A stretch of DNA of 62,618 nt, filler included, from Globobulimina sp. (taxonomy: Eukaryota), in the NCBI GenBank assembly GCA_003354225.1. It is 21 parts of 21 records of this genome, joined end to end, with 100 filler letters (N's around TTAATTAATTAA, not from the genome) between each part and the next. Parts side by side here need not be neighbours in the genome. Positions count along the whole stretch, not along the records: positions 8,972 to 11,860 come from PIVH01004484.1; positions 11,961 to 14,849 come from PIVH01004485.1; positions 14,950 to 17,838 come from PIVH01004486.1; positions 17,939 to 20,825 come from PIVH01004487.1; positions 20,926 to 23,812 come from PIVH01004488.1; 16 more parts are not named here. One strand, given 5' to 3'. Below are positions 11,411 to 23,912 of the stretch, piece by piece. The notes below the pieces were generated by a model. It was given only the letters and a program-made list of their open reading frames with translations, made no database searches and was not told where the DNA came from. Position 1 is the stretch's first letter. Every line of letters starts with the position of its first letter. The position numbers were made by a program, and so were the translations under genes.

Positions 11411-12065
11411 TATTTAGTCATGACAAAATGGAAGATAAGCTGTAAAATATATTTTATGTAATGTTGTGTGACGGTGCTTGTTTAATGTGTTAAACAATGT
11501 ACATACTTATAATTAATATTAATATCGTTAGCATTTTTCCCCTCGAAAGTGTCTTGACACAAGTGCATACATAACACAAGTGCATACATACAATAAAATT
11601 TATAACTTATTATTATGTCGTTATCAAACATTTGAAAAGATATAAATACTGCTTTCTTCAGTTATAGCATTGATTATTTTATGGGATATAATAGTCCGGT
11701 AGAAACCAAAAAAACGAACCATGTTGTTTGGAATTAAGTTTTGGGCGCTCTTTTTTTAGCACTGCGAACCAATACTAAAAATCTGGTGCAAACTAATTGA
11801 TCAACAGTATGGAGTCTGATGAAGAAGCTGCAAAATATTGATCTCTAGAGTCTAGACACCNNNNNNNNNNNNNNNNNNNNNNNNNNNNNNNNNNNNNNNN
11901 NNNNTTAATTAATTAANNNNNNNNNNNNNNNNNNNNNNNNNNNNNNNNNNNNNNNNNNNNAAATAAACCTTACAGTCTCCAGTGAGGTACGTTTAAAACA
12001 GAAAGTTATATTAATTTTGAATATGTCTGTAACTTTTCAAGCAATTTTGTCATTGGAAATATGTA

Positions 12066-12449
12066 CAGATTCCTATTGAATCGAGCTCATCGTTTTCGAG
12101 ATTAAATATGACGCAAAGATCAATATTAAACACAGCATCCAAACATACGATCTTGACAACTGTTGCTATTATGGCAACGCAGTTATTTTTGATTTCCGGT
12201 GTTGTGCATGGAATTGGTATACGAGGATCACAGTTGTATTATGAGATAAGTTTCCATGTTTACTGTGCGTTGCTAGCATTGGATTGTCTGCTGCAGAGTT
12301 TCTGTATTTGTTTGAACATAGAGGCGAATAGCATGTGTTATCAAGGGCTGTGCTTTTGTTGTGATCAATGTTGTAATTCTTTCTGCATTTGTATATCGAG
12401 GAAATTTTACGAAAGATATAAACGAAGTTATATGAATATGAATAATTAA
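12066..12449 (+). CDS. C-terminal exon of a GPCR-like 7TM protein
   Basis: Two hydrophobic helices (KHTILTTVAIMATQLF; LDCLLQSFCICL) followed by a Cys-rich tail, typical of TM6-TM7 plus helix 8. Confidence 0.45.
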   Translation, partial: QIPIESSSSFSRLNMTQRSILNTASKHTILTTVAIMATQLFLISGVVHGIGIRGSQLYYEISFHVYCALLALDCLLQSFCICLNIEANSMCYQGLCFCCDQCCNSFCICISRKFYERYKRSYMNMNN

Positions 12450-13076
12450 TTGGATAATTCTTTTGTGTGACACCTGCATGATTTTGTGTCTTACCGTGAA
12501 ATGTTATGGAATATTTCTGCAATAATAGTATTGATCGGGTTTCAACTTTTACAGTTGGGCGATCCAACCTTTCCAAATGATTTTCAATACACTGTATATA
12601 ATTATATTGAGTGTATAGAATTCCATAACAGTCACGAAAACATTTTTTTTGTGCAAGGATAGCCAAACTCTACAACACTCAATTCAATAAAACACAAACA
12701 CAAAACATGACACAAAAAAAACCATAAAAATAATTATAAACAAAAAAATACAATAAAAACAAAATATTACTTGCACAAGCAACACATTATAATTATTGAC
12801 TGCGATGTGAGAATTTTACATTATCGCTAGTAATCACATAAAAACAGTAAAAACACAGACACGTAATTGCAATAAAAACAAAAAACGTTTTTTGATCATA
12901 TCATACGATACAAAATTCATATGATATAATTTGAAACGTATCAATGAGCGTTTATTTCCATCAAAAAATATATCATAATAAACGACATTGAAACAAATTT
13001 AGCATAACATAAAACTGTTAACACTAAGAAGCAAAATAAACATATTTTTGTCGGTAATTATATGGTTTGAATATAA

Positions 13077-13487
13077 TTACAATCGATACATAGGATCATC
13101 ACAACTGAATACTAACGATAATGGAGAATCAAAATCAATCTCTGGATCATTATCATTATCATTCCATATATCATTATAATTAAGTTCATCCAATGATATT
13201 TTAAATTCATTTATTCTCATTTCAGTCATGTCACTGCATCGGTTCATATGTTGGAGACTGTTTAATCTTTTATCGCTGTTTAACCATTCATCTGTTTTTT
13301 CTTCATACAATACGGATGTTTCCTGATTAAGACTCATTGCTCCTTTAATGTGATGTTTTAATGTAGTATGGTCAATGTGTGATTTTTTTGGTGGATTGGA
13401 TATTTCACTATTAGTCTCGCTGTGATTTGTGACGTTAACTGGAATGCTTTTTGGTTCTGCTACACTATTACTACCAATACAACCCAT
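13077..13487 (-). CDS. Small hypothetical protein with N-myristoylation/palmitoylation-like start
   Basis: Complete 136-aa ORF beginning MGCIGS. Confidence 0.5.
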   Translation of the reverse strand: MGCIGSNSVAEPKSIPVNVTNHSETNSEISNPPKKSHIDHTTLKHHIKGAMSLNQETSVLYEEKTDEWLNSDKRLNSLQHMNRCSDMTEMRINEFKISLDELNYNDIWNDNDNDPEIDFDSPLSLVFSCDDPMYRL

Positions 13488-13872
13488 ATTTTTTTGTTTT
13501 GTGAATGGATATGCTTGAAGTTATAAAGCTACTGTGAAGTTAGATTTTGATTGGGTTTCTTGCATTTTAATGAAACATGGCCGACTTGGAAGTCTATAGA
13601 TCTGTGGTTGAAGCGTATAGATTGCTTTCACCTGGAAAAGATCAACTGATTACAAGTAATTACAATAACACAGTCCCCGCAAATACGCGGCAATGTATGT
13701 ACCATAATATTAAGTTGTACAAATGGCAAATGTATTGCTATGGGCACCAATGTCCATAAATAAACATCGCACTCTGTTGATTATTAAATTAATTATTTGT
13801 TTCAGATTTGGCACGTACAAATTTACACGGAGTGCGATGTTAATTTGACATTGTCGATTTGAAATATATTAT

Positions 13873-14849
13873 TTGTTATTTCTTTTAATAGCATCAAGAC
13901 CAGCATCAGTACGACAGCCATCAATCTCAGGACAACCAACACATTCCAGATGTAATACATTAATTTTTGATGTGGATTTTTTGGATGAATTAGAAGAGAA
14001 AGAAATATTTGAATATGGATTTGGTGTTCCATTTAGTTATTGGAAAGAATATAAACATTATCCATACATTGCTCCAAAATATGAAACTTTAAAGTACGAG
14101 TTATTAAATAACGAAATTGAAACAATCACAGTAAATGAATGGAACTTTATCTTCAAGAAAGCAACCGACAAATTACAAATAATTGATCAAATATTAGGCG
14201 TTAATGGCGATGTAAACACTCCATTTGCTCATTTTCACAAACAATGGAATCAAATCATGGCAATACCAGCAAAATGTAAAATATCTTTATCTCATTTGTT
14301 ATCCATTTTATTTTATACAGATTTGACTGAATTGCCATGCAAAATGAAGAACGTTTGCCGAAAATTAGATAACTATGAAACCAGAAACGATGTACAACAA
14401 AGACATTGCGAATTGACAAATTGGTTAAAGTTATTATTTGAAACTATTGTATTATATGGTCACCATTTAAGTATTGCTGATAATCTGTCACTGTTTCATC
14501 GACTTGACAGGAAATTTTATTTCAGGGAATTTAAGGCGGCATTTTTCATTCCAACATCTGCCACAACTCAAAGGTTTGATTGATCACTAAAATTCCATAT
14601 GCTGTTTTGTTACATCTGTAATAGGAACATGACAGTGACATCGTTTGAAGATAGCGGCATTGTTTTGGAATTTAAGGGCATTGAAACAAAAGGCGACCCA
14701 TATTTTAACACAACTTCGTTATCACAGTATCCCGAAGAAATGGAATGTTTATTTTTTTTTGCTGAATTGCCCATTAAATCTATACATCTAAAGAATGATA
14801 AATTGGATATGAGTGCGTTATCATTATACCAATCCATTGTAAATGGAAA
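13873..14849 (+). CDS. ADP-ribosyltransferase (ART)-like domain protein, partial
   Basis: LLSILFYTD helix, LFHR strand, PTSAT, GIVLEF and SQYPEEMECLF (ExE). An intron at 14574-14624 joins the two ORFs in frame. Start uncertain. Confidence 0.6.
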
Positions 14850-15122
14850 NNNNNNNNNNNNNNNNNNNNNNNNNNNNNNNNNNNNNNNNNNNNTTAATTA
14901 ATTAANNNNNNNNNNNNNNNNNNNNNNNNNNNNNNNNNNNNNNNNNNNNAGGCATAGCGATTTACGACCTGTTCGATAGGATTGTGACTATGGTGGAAAA
15001 GCGTTTTTGAACTGACAAAAAAATCAGTACTTATCGGAAAGCCCTAATGCGTCACTACTCAGTATATATTACAAAAACTTTACATGAATTAAAACAGAAA
15101 CAAGAGCACATATAAAATACTG

Positions 15123-16222
15123 TCAAGACAATGCGACATTTGGATCTTTCATAGTTAAAATCAATGGTACATGATCACTGCAACTCGTTGCCTTTCTTAT
15201 CTGTACATCCTCCACAATATTTACAATATTCTTACTCACCATAAAATAATCCAATCTCCATCCTTTATTCTCGGCTTTCATATCTTTTCCTCGTGCACGT
15301 TTCGAAAAAAATGTAAAATGTTTCTCCCTCTCTTTTGCATATAAATGACGGTACGAATCCACTAAATCCAACTCACGACACAAATTGCCAAAATTCTCCC
15401 TTTCATACGGCGTAAATCCAGGCGTTTTACATCTTTTCTTATTCGTTTCGCCATCATACACATCAAAATCCAATATCGCTACATTTAAATCGCCAGTCCA
15501 TATCACCGCTTTTTTCGCCTGCAATGCATTTAAATGTCTTTTCATCTCAATGTCCCATTTAAGTCTTTTATTTTTAAATTTTAAATTTTGTCCACTATTT
15601 GGTACATACGTATTGATTAAATAAAATTTCTCATATTCCACTGTAATGGCTCTGCCCTCACCATCCATGTAACCAATGCCTCTCTGCACAGATAATGGTT
15701 TTGTTTTGCTCAATATCGCCGTGCCCGAATAGCCGGCTTTATCCGTACATTCATTCCAAATCACTTCATAGCCACGGAATTTGCACGGATTTTGATTTTG
15801 TTTTGCTTTCATCTCTGAGAAACATACAATATCTGCGTCCTCTGTGGGCGGTGTTGGATTTTTGTCGGTTTTTATATGGGAAGACATGCATAGTAAATTA
15901 TACCTTTTTCAATATATTCTTCCAATCCATGTTTATGTGCTGCACGGACTCCATTTAAATTATAACAGCAGATTTTAAATTGTTGCGGTATTTCTTTGGT
16001 GTCCACTGATTTTTGTTCAGGTGTTGATTCTTTTTCATTTTCGAGATTTAATTTCCGTTTTTTTTGTGCTGGAGGTTCTAATTCTTGGTCATCACTATCG
16101 TCATCGTCACTGCTTTGAATTTCTTGTAATGTTCGTTTCTTTCTTGTCTTTGTTGGTTTATCTGCTTCTTTAGCGTCATGAGGTTTATGTTCGTCGGGAT
16201 CAGGTTTGTTGTCTGTGGACAT
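15123..16222 (-). CDS. APEX1: AP endonuclease / exodeoxyribonuclease III family
   Basis: YNLNGVRA, GYSGTAILSK, EGRAIT, NTYVPNSG, GDLNVA, GWRLDYF and SDHVP. Intron 15903-15842 restores KEDADIVCFSE. N-terminal NLS KKRK. Confidence 0.93.
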
Positions 16223-16438
16223 GATGATATGTTTGGGAAATATTGATGGTTGATACAGCTGAAATAAACGGCAAGGAACGTATGTATTATGATGTTTGTG
16301 GATCGCAAATCGGAAAATGTTTCGAAAAACTTTCATCCACTTCTGAGTAATAGTGTTATACCGGAAGTCGATAATTTCGTGGCTAGATAACGTGTTTCCA
16401 AAACAACTCAACCGATCGAGGAAGGAAAAAGTCAATCG

Positions 16439-17838
16439 ATGGCAACTGCAACGGATAAATGGATTATTTGGAGTGTGTTTGGATGTACGTGTTGGTTTTT
16501 CTTGACCCCTGTTTTATGTTATTGCACATATAAATTCGTGAAATACAGCAGAATGAAAGAGAATATTGCAATACATAAAAGATACCCAAAGTTAGCAATT
16601 TTAATCGCAATAGTTGGTATTATCATCGTTTCTATCGAACGACCACTATATTTATCACTGTATACATTAAATGCAGTGACAATAAATGTCGATGCCGAAG
16701 GTATTCCAACCTCAACATTGCTTATTTATTATATTGAGGTAGTATTAAATAATTTGGTTACGATCCCTGCTTCTTGGTTATTAGTGTTACGTTATTGGTT
16801 GATTCATTACAAAGTACAATGGACAAAAAATACATTAGACAGCAAATGGAAAATACATTTAAATCATAACCAAGTAAAAACGAATTGGTACTTAAAGAAC
16901 AAATCAAAATATGGTAACGCCAGATGGATGTTTTTAAGATTGCTCATCTTTTTATCCATTACAATATCCATCAATATTTTTTCCGAGATTGTCTTTCCAA
17001 ACAAAGGATTTATTTTATTGACACTAATAATTTTTTTTGTAATCATATTCCCAATGATTTTCCCGGTCATTTTGTTTGTTAAAATGCGCAAATTTGAAGA
17101 TAAATTTTATATCATTAAGGAATTTAAATATATCACCATAAATATGTTAATCGGCACAGTTTTATTCTTAATTATTGGCGCTTCGCCATCTTTTGGTGTT
17201 TCTGTGTATTTTCAGGGGTTAATGGTGGCTGTATTGGTTGCGGCAATACAAAGTATATCCATTATGATTCAAATATGGTGGGTCATACATATTATTGATG
17301 CTTATTTTAATCAAAAACAGCAATCGCAGAGCGCTCACAAATTAGGTGGTATACGTATACGTAAAAATTCGACAATGGTTGAAATGGAAACTATACTAAA
17401 AGAACAAAGTCCATTTGAATTATTTATGGACCATTTAGCAAAGGAATGGAGCATGGAACTTTTGTTGGCATTAATTGAAATTACGCAGATTCAAAATATG
17501 ATCAAAAAATATGCAAATGATAATGATATTGATATGAAATTATTAGCAGTGCAAGAAAGTTTATTACAAAATGAAAGCATACCAAAATCATACATTGTAC
17601 ATCATGAATCCAGTAAGGAATTGATGGATGAATATAATATACAAAAGGTTATGTTTTTGGATGCTGATCATGACAAAAATGAAGAACAAAACACAAAAAT
17701 GATTGAATTTAAGATTAAATTGTATATTTTATATAGAAAATATGTTGTATTAGGAAGTGAATTACAAATAAATATATCTTATGAACAGAAAGTGATTTTA
17801 GATTCGTTTTTGGTAAATATTAATTATTTTATTAACAA
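16439..17838 (+). CDS. 7TM-RGS protein (seven TM helices plus RGS domain), 3' partial
   Basis: About seven hydrophobic segments, then FELFMDHLAKEWSMELLLALIE and LYRKYV..GSELQINISY, which are RGS-box motifs. Confidence 0.82.
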
Positions 17839-18520
17839 NNNNNNNNNNNNNNNNNNNNNNNNNNNNNNNNNNNNNNNNNNNNTTAATTAATTAANNNNNN
17901 NNNNNNNNNNNNNNNNNNNNNNNNNNNNNNNNNNNNNNTTATTGTTTCTGAGAAACGAAGGCAAACCTATATTATTTTTACCTTTATCAGTCACCAGAAA
18001 CGGTTTGCTTACACCTTACCCCAATAAAAATCTGACGCTGAAGACCGGATGCTCTTATTCAGCAGCTAGAAAAATATACTGTCAATCAGCAGCTAGAATT
18101 ATTAAATTCCACTGCAATGCCAACGACATCACCAACAAATTCAACTTTTTTCCAACTCAGAAAATAATTAAAAAACAAGTACATTAATATCTAAAAAAAA
18201 TCAAAATAAATTAAACCAATTATCGGGAATCGTGCAATGCATTGGTCCAATATCATATTCAGCAGCATCAGCCACACATCGTAGTATTGCTAATGAACGA
18301 TCACCATTTTGAAATTCGTCATCATTCACATGCATGTTCTGTAAGCACCCAAATTCTTAGTAGAACATTCCCTTACATATATATTGTATGCAGTACGTGT
18401 TACTTTTAATAATTTTATTTTCTTTATTTTCAATATTCTTCTTATTTTCAGCTAAGTTTTTTATTTCAAACTAAAAATCATTTAATTTCCGCAAAGATTT
18501 GCTCTATATCCAGATTCCAG

Positions 18521-18841
18521 ATGAAACCAACAGAAGAAATAATGATTAATCCAACGGCCTATGACTTGTTCACAAGTGAATGGAAGACATCAAAACCGAT
18601 CGGAAATTATAATAAGCGTCAAAACCAAGACAATTACAAGATGTCTGTGTATCCCATAATAACTCGTTGCAACATTCAAATGCAATGTGTCCACCATTCT
18701 CCAAATGTATTCTTAATCAATAATTTCTTAAATGACTACGAAATAACTCATTTACTAAATATTGCCCGAAATAACAGCCAGAAATTTGAATGTTCCTATA
18801 CGCAGTCACCACCTTTATTACCTTACCAACGAGTTAATTAA
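18521..18841 (+). CDS. Prolyl-4-hydroxylase-like N-terminal fragment (apparently truncated)
   Basis: HSPNVFLINNFLNDYEITHLLNIA matches the start of P4Hc domains; no HxD core seen downstream. Confidence 0.45.
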   Translation: MKPTEEIMINPTAYDLFTSEWKTSKPIGNYNKRQNQDNYKMSVYPIITRCNIQMQCVHHSPNVFLINNFLNDYEITHLLNIARNNSQKFECSYTQSPPLLPYQRVN

Positions 18842-18930
18842 TACCGAAAATTCGCAATTTATAATGTCAGATTGTCAGAAACTAACTATTGTTTTTTTGA
18901 TATATTCAGCTATATTCTCTCAAACGAACC

Positions 18931-19194
18931 TCAACGAGCATTTTCCTGCGGAAATCTATGAATAAAATAATATATACGATTGAAAAGCGAGCAGCGAATA
19001 TAGTATTTGCGTCCTTTGACTGTGCCGTTGTGTGCGCCTGATTTTGAGTGCAAGTGTATGCCGTAATATATACCTTTTTTATTCTTGCCAGCGGATGGAT
19101 TCCCAGAGGAGATCTCGCCTATATACGCGATTTGACCCTGTTGATTGTCGTTCAGTTCTATTTTATCGCCATAGTGTACATCATATTCGTTCAT
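18931..19194 (-). CDS. CAP-Gly domain protein (short or truncated)
   Basis: GQIAYIGE...GIYYGIHL...GAHNGTVKGRKYY, a variant of the GKNDG motif. Confidence 0.75.
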   Translation of the reverse strand: MNEYDVHYGDKIELNDNQQGQIAYIGEISSGNPSAGKNKKGIYYGIHLHSKSGAHNGTVKGRKYYIRCSLFNRIYYFIHRFPQENAR

Positions 19195-19340
19195 GTTTCT
19201 AATTAATGTTTTGTGGTATTTATTGTTTGTGATGTTTGGTTAGTGAGGGTACAAACACGTCGACATGATTCGCAATAGTAAGTTTAAAACAGTTGCAAAG
19301 TTTTCACTATAAATAAATTTACATTTTTCAGTGTTATCTT

Positions 19341-20261
19341 TCACGTTGCACATATATATTCGCAGCACAATAAATCCAACAAAAAATCCCGCGACCTTGG
19401 CATATGACGTTGTCTCCAATTTTGTTGCGGGAAACATAAATAACAGCAATCAAAACAACAACAACATGTAATGGGACATAAACAGCCGGTTAAACCCAAT
19501 TCTATTCCCACACAAACACAACCAGAATACAATGATATTGGTGCACATAATATCACTCCACAATAATGGCTCTGGGGTAAACCTATCATTTCGTTACAAG
19601 ACTGCGGACCACAACAAAAAAAAACCACTGTCCATTCATAGATGTTACGAAACCACTGTCCAATTAAACTATCTTTGCTTTGCAAACAATGTAAACAATT
19701 TATATCTGGCTCTGGGTTTTCAGTGTCACCATAGGGCATATTTGGAAGGTAACCTCTTTGAACGTTATTAATCCGTTGTATTGTGTGATTTTGTTGCATT
19801 ATATTTATAGTACTATTCATTAATTGTTTGCATGATTTACATAATGGACAGAATGTTCTTTGTCTATGTCGTTGCAACAAATTATTCCAACATGAATGAC
19901 AAATATCTTTTGATGCGTGAATACAATAAAAATCAAATATGCGTTGGAATTCTGATTGGTTTATAACTTTAAATGGAAACTCGTCAAAGCAAACACAACA
20001 TTTACTTGCATCCGTTTCATTGCTTACATTGGCGATGTTATCTATGCTGCGATTAACACCCAATAATCTGCGGGGTGATGATATTGTGGTGTCGGACAAT
20101 GATGTTATTGATTTGTGATGAATCCGATGATGAATAAAGATAATCAATAATATACAAGAGACTATTAAACAAATAATAGATAATACTCTAACGATATAGT
20201 GAATGTATCGATATTTTCGTGCATTTTTATTGAAAGCGTCCAGTTTAGAATTAGGAAACAT
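19341..20261 (-). CDS. Membrane-anchored RING-like, Cys-rich protein
   Basis: N-terminal TM helix, RRLL, then CCVC...CIH...CHSC...CPLC, and a Cys-rich C-terminus. Confidence 0.65.
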   Translation of the reverse strand: MFPNSKLDAFNKNARKYRYIHYIVRVLSIICLIVSCILLIIFIHHRIHHKSITSLSDTTISSPRRLLGVNRSIDNIANVSNETDASKCCVCFDEFPFKVINQSEFQRIFDFYCIHASKDICHSCWNNLLQRHRQRTFCPLCKSCKQLMNSTINIMQQNHTIQRINNVQRGYLPNMPYGDTENPEPDINCLHCLQSKDSLIGQWFRNIYEWTVVFFCCGPQSCNEMIGLPQSHYCGVILCAPISLYSGCVCVGIELGLTGCLCPITCCCCFDCCYLCFPQQNWRQRHMPRSRDFLLDLLCCEYICAT

Positions 20262-20527
20262 TTTTTATGATTTTTCTTAGCTTGGCAAAAAACCCTCAGT
20301 TCAAAGTAGCTCAACAGCTACAAAGTCCGACAATTTAAAGAAACACAAATAAAATATCAATTTACTGCGTCACCAGAGGTCTTGACTTAGAAATTAATTT
20401 TTGAATCAAATCATATTGAATTCGAAATGTTCACTCGTATATTTTCCACCATTCCTAACATAATCAATTAAGAATAAAAGCGTATAGAATTTTCATATGA
20501 ATATGCAATCAATTAAATTGTATTTGT

Positions 20528-20825
20528 TTACATCGTAACACAACAGCAATCATTCGGAGTGGATTTGACATTGATATTTTGTCCATGATCATGAGAAATG
20601 CCATCAATACCATTAAATCCATCAAATGCACATTTAACAGGCTTTGGTGCATTCACTTGTTCATTTTTATAAATTCGATTCACCATTTTACTACATTCTG
20701 AATCCGGAATTGTTTGATTGTTCTCTGATTTTAATATTTTTCTCAATTTATCCAAATCTTGAAGTGTTTGCGCAGAATCCGTTGCTTTTTGGATATCAGT
20801 CTGATTCTGTGATGATTCATTCATT
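20528..20825 (-). CDS. C-terminal fragment ending in a CaaX prenylation motif
   Basis: ORF from the contig edge ending CCCVTM-stop. Confidence 0.5.
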
Positions 20826-21061
20826 NNNNNNNNNNNNNNNNNNNNNNNNNNNNNNNNNNNNNNNNNNNNTTAATTAATTAANNNNNNNNNNNNNNNNNNN
20901 NNNNNNNNNNNNNNNNNNNNNNNNNTACAAACACCACAAATTAACCTATTTAAACAGTCAACATATTGGGATGCATTAGCTAAAACAGCGCATGGCAACG
21001 GATGCATTTTTTTCGCGCATGGCAACGGATTTAGAGTTTTTCCATCCATAAAATAAAACAA

Positions 21062-22080
21062 ATGCAACCAACACGAATAAAAAATGTCTTGATTGAAAGA
21101 AATAATTTATTTGATTTTAGTAGCATTACCAAATTAACAGATTGTATTTTAAAAATTGGTAGGCATAATGCTATAAGGCCAAACAATAAAATTAAAGGGT
21201 GCTCAAAAAAAAGAAATGTTGAACACAAAAAATACAAAGAAGGTTTTTTTGAGAATAATGATTCTTTTGTTTGTGTAAATCATAAACAAATTTTTGAGTG
21301 TGAACAATTGAAATTAATAGAACAAGTTTTTTTGTGGTCCAGGCTTTGATTGCATGTGATTGGTGTGCATATAAATATACTGAGCGTATTTTGCCTTTGC
21401 TTGAATTCGGATTTTTTATTCCCTTTGCTATTGTTGATCCTATCAATGGTAGACAGTTTGCGCATAATATAATCGATTTTGGTCATGAAGCAATTATACA
21501 GCAATGTGCGAAATATACCAACAATTCCGATGAAACTTTCAAACAAAAATTAAATGAATATAAAGCAAACGGATATACAGGACCATTTTTAATCTGCACA
21601 GACGTATTGTGGAAGCAGTTGGAAAGTTTTGCTGATCAAAATGTTTTCGAGTGGCTGGAAGATTGTACCAATCATTTACAAAGTTTAAAAGAATGGTGCT
21701 TTCCACTCATCAATTGTTTTGCATGGACTCTCGCAGTGGAACGGGCAAACAAATCTGCCAAACATGTTAAACCTACATCGTCACAACATGAAGAAACAAT
21801 TAACAGTGAATTATTTTTAGCATTTAATTTGGATAAATGTTTATTACATAACGCATTTGATATTGAGAAATATTATACAAATAAATGTCAATTGCCGCAA
21901 TTACGATCATCCATATCAAATGGCAATAAATATTCATTAATATCGCCTCCAATGACCAGAGACAGATGGATAAAACTAAGGAAATTGATAATATATAAAA
22001 AAGAAATTATTTATAAACAAAAGAGTGATAAATATTGTATTTTAAAAGATATTACATTGGAAGATATAGAAAAGGAATAA
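21062..22080 (+). pseudogene. Interrupted ORF, possibly a degenerate DNA-transposase C-terminus
   Basis: Two ORFs offset at a poly-T run (about 21327-21333). LAVERANKSAK weakly resembles the hAT-type ER dimerisation motif. Weak. Confidence 0.25.
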
Positions 22081-22153
22081 AAATAAAAGGAAAAGGAAAC
22101 GGAAACCGCCAACACAACGAAAATCACAACGTACTGCAAACTCAATAGCTGCA

Positions 22154-22516
22154 GTGTCAAATATAAACAGTGAATTGGATGAGGAATATGTATATGGAGA
22201 TGAAACCATTGAGGAAGAAACAGAATTGGATTACGAAAATGTATCGGATATAATGGATACTATTCAAATTACAACAGAACGAAGACGATACCATTATGAT
22301 GAGTTTGGGCCCACATTAGAAGATATTCAAATGCATATGGCCGACGTATCGGATATGACAAGTACTGAGGATGACGAAAAGCAGAATAACAATCATAATC
22401 ATAATATGGATACAGATATTGCGTTTGCAGCGGAGATAATAAATTGTGAGAAAGCACGAGAAAGAAAAAGAAAAAAAGTAACTGATGAGGAATTATTTAG
22501 GTATTATTTAAGATGA
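22154..22516 (+). CDS. Acidic hypothetical protein
   Basis: 120-aa Glu/Asp-rich ORF, non-ATG start as called; no motif. Confidence 0.3.
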   Translation: MSNINSELDEEYVYGDETIEEETELDYENVSDIMDTIQITTERRRYHYDEFGPTLEDIQMHMADVSDMTSTEDDEKQNNNHNHNMDTDIAFAAEIINCEKARERKRKKVTDEELFRYYLR

Positions 22517-23001
22517 ATTTTGTGTGTACGTATTTTTTGTTTTTATTTTTTTCTGAATATTTTAAGATTGGAAACGTTTTTGACTTTTTTTATTGTTTAC
22601 AACTTGTTTCTATTTTTCTATTTTTATGGTTCAATTCCGAGAGAAAAGATAGACCATGGAAATATTGAATATTGTGACTTGTAATTTGGCACAAGTGTTG
22701 ATGGGTATCTCAGGATACCACAAAAAAATTAACAACTGATTTCACGGAGGTTTGACCTTCATGATTTAAAAAGTCAATAATTTATTGTATTGCATTAGGG
22801 GTTGTTATTATATTGCGCAATATAAATTTGGACCTAGGACCTAGGGTTGAAAGAACATCACATTTGACAATGTAAAAAGTATAAATATGGCTCTTTCCAC
22901 AGAAACGGTACGATTTTGTGACCTTTTGTAAACAAAAAGGAACGAACACTGAACACAGTCAACACAAACGAAATCATAGTCAGCAGACAGAAGTATTACA
23001 A

Positions 23002-23812
23002 GAATGGATATGTATTTTACAACATTAGGAAAGCATCGATTGTGTCGTCAATGACATTCAACACCAAGTCACCAACACAAACACGGCATTTATAAGGAGT
23101 TGGGATTGCAATAATATAATACTTTGCACAACAACTTACCATTCTTTCGTTGTATCACCATACCATGGATAGCCTGCGAACCACAATATTGTGTGCTGAT
23201 TGGTTGTGTCATCCTCAATGTCCTCATAAAAAATGATCCAGCAATATGCCAGTACTTGGGGATTGGACAAATATAGCTTATAATCCAGCATCAAATGTTT
23301 ATTATCACAGAGCAGTGGCTTTATACAATCACAGACCATGGTTCATACTTTATACAATCAGATTTATTTAATTGGTGGCAGAGCGACCTGTTGTTCAAGC
23401 ATCGCAGACAGGAATATGCAAATATATGATATTGCTACAGATACGATTCAAGTTGTAAATGTTGGTTTGCGTCGTTTATATTTAGGGAGATCATCTGCAG
23501 CTGTTATCATGGTAAATAATCAAACTTATGTATTTGGTGGTGTGGATACTGCAGGCACTAAATATTCGTCATGGGAAGATCAAATATGTTAACATTTTCT
23601 CCTACAAAATCACCTACCAACAACCATACTGTGCCTACAAAATTCCCTCCAATTTACCGCCTGTATCACCCACCAAATATCCTATAGTATATATTTATAT
23701 TATTGCAATCCCAACTCCTTATAAATGCCGTGTTTGTGTTGGTGACTTGGTGTTGAATGTCATTGACAACACAATCGATGCTTTCCTAATGTTGTAAAAT
23801 ACATATCCATTC
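23002..23812. repeat. 118-bp inverted repeat pair (23002-23119 / 23695-23812)
   Basis: Right arm is the reverse complement of the left arm with one mismatch seen, and runs to the contig end. Confidence 0.92.
23338..23592 (+). pseudogene. Kelch-repeat gene fragment between the inverted repeats
   Basis: QIYLIGG...IYDIATDT...TYVFGGV Kelch blades; flanking frames are broken. Confidence 0.6.
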
Positions 23813-23912
23813 NNNNNNNNNNNNNNNNNNNNNNNNNNNNNNNNNNNNNNNNNNNNTTAATTAATTAANNNNNNNNNNNNNNNNNNNNNNNNNNNNNNNN
23901 NNNNNNNNNNNN

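Noticed and set aside
20988-21030. GCGCATGGCAACGGAT direct repeat (X-box half-site-like)
   Set aside because: Two copies only, near a contig edge; cannot be distinguished from a small local duplication.
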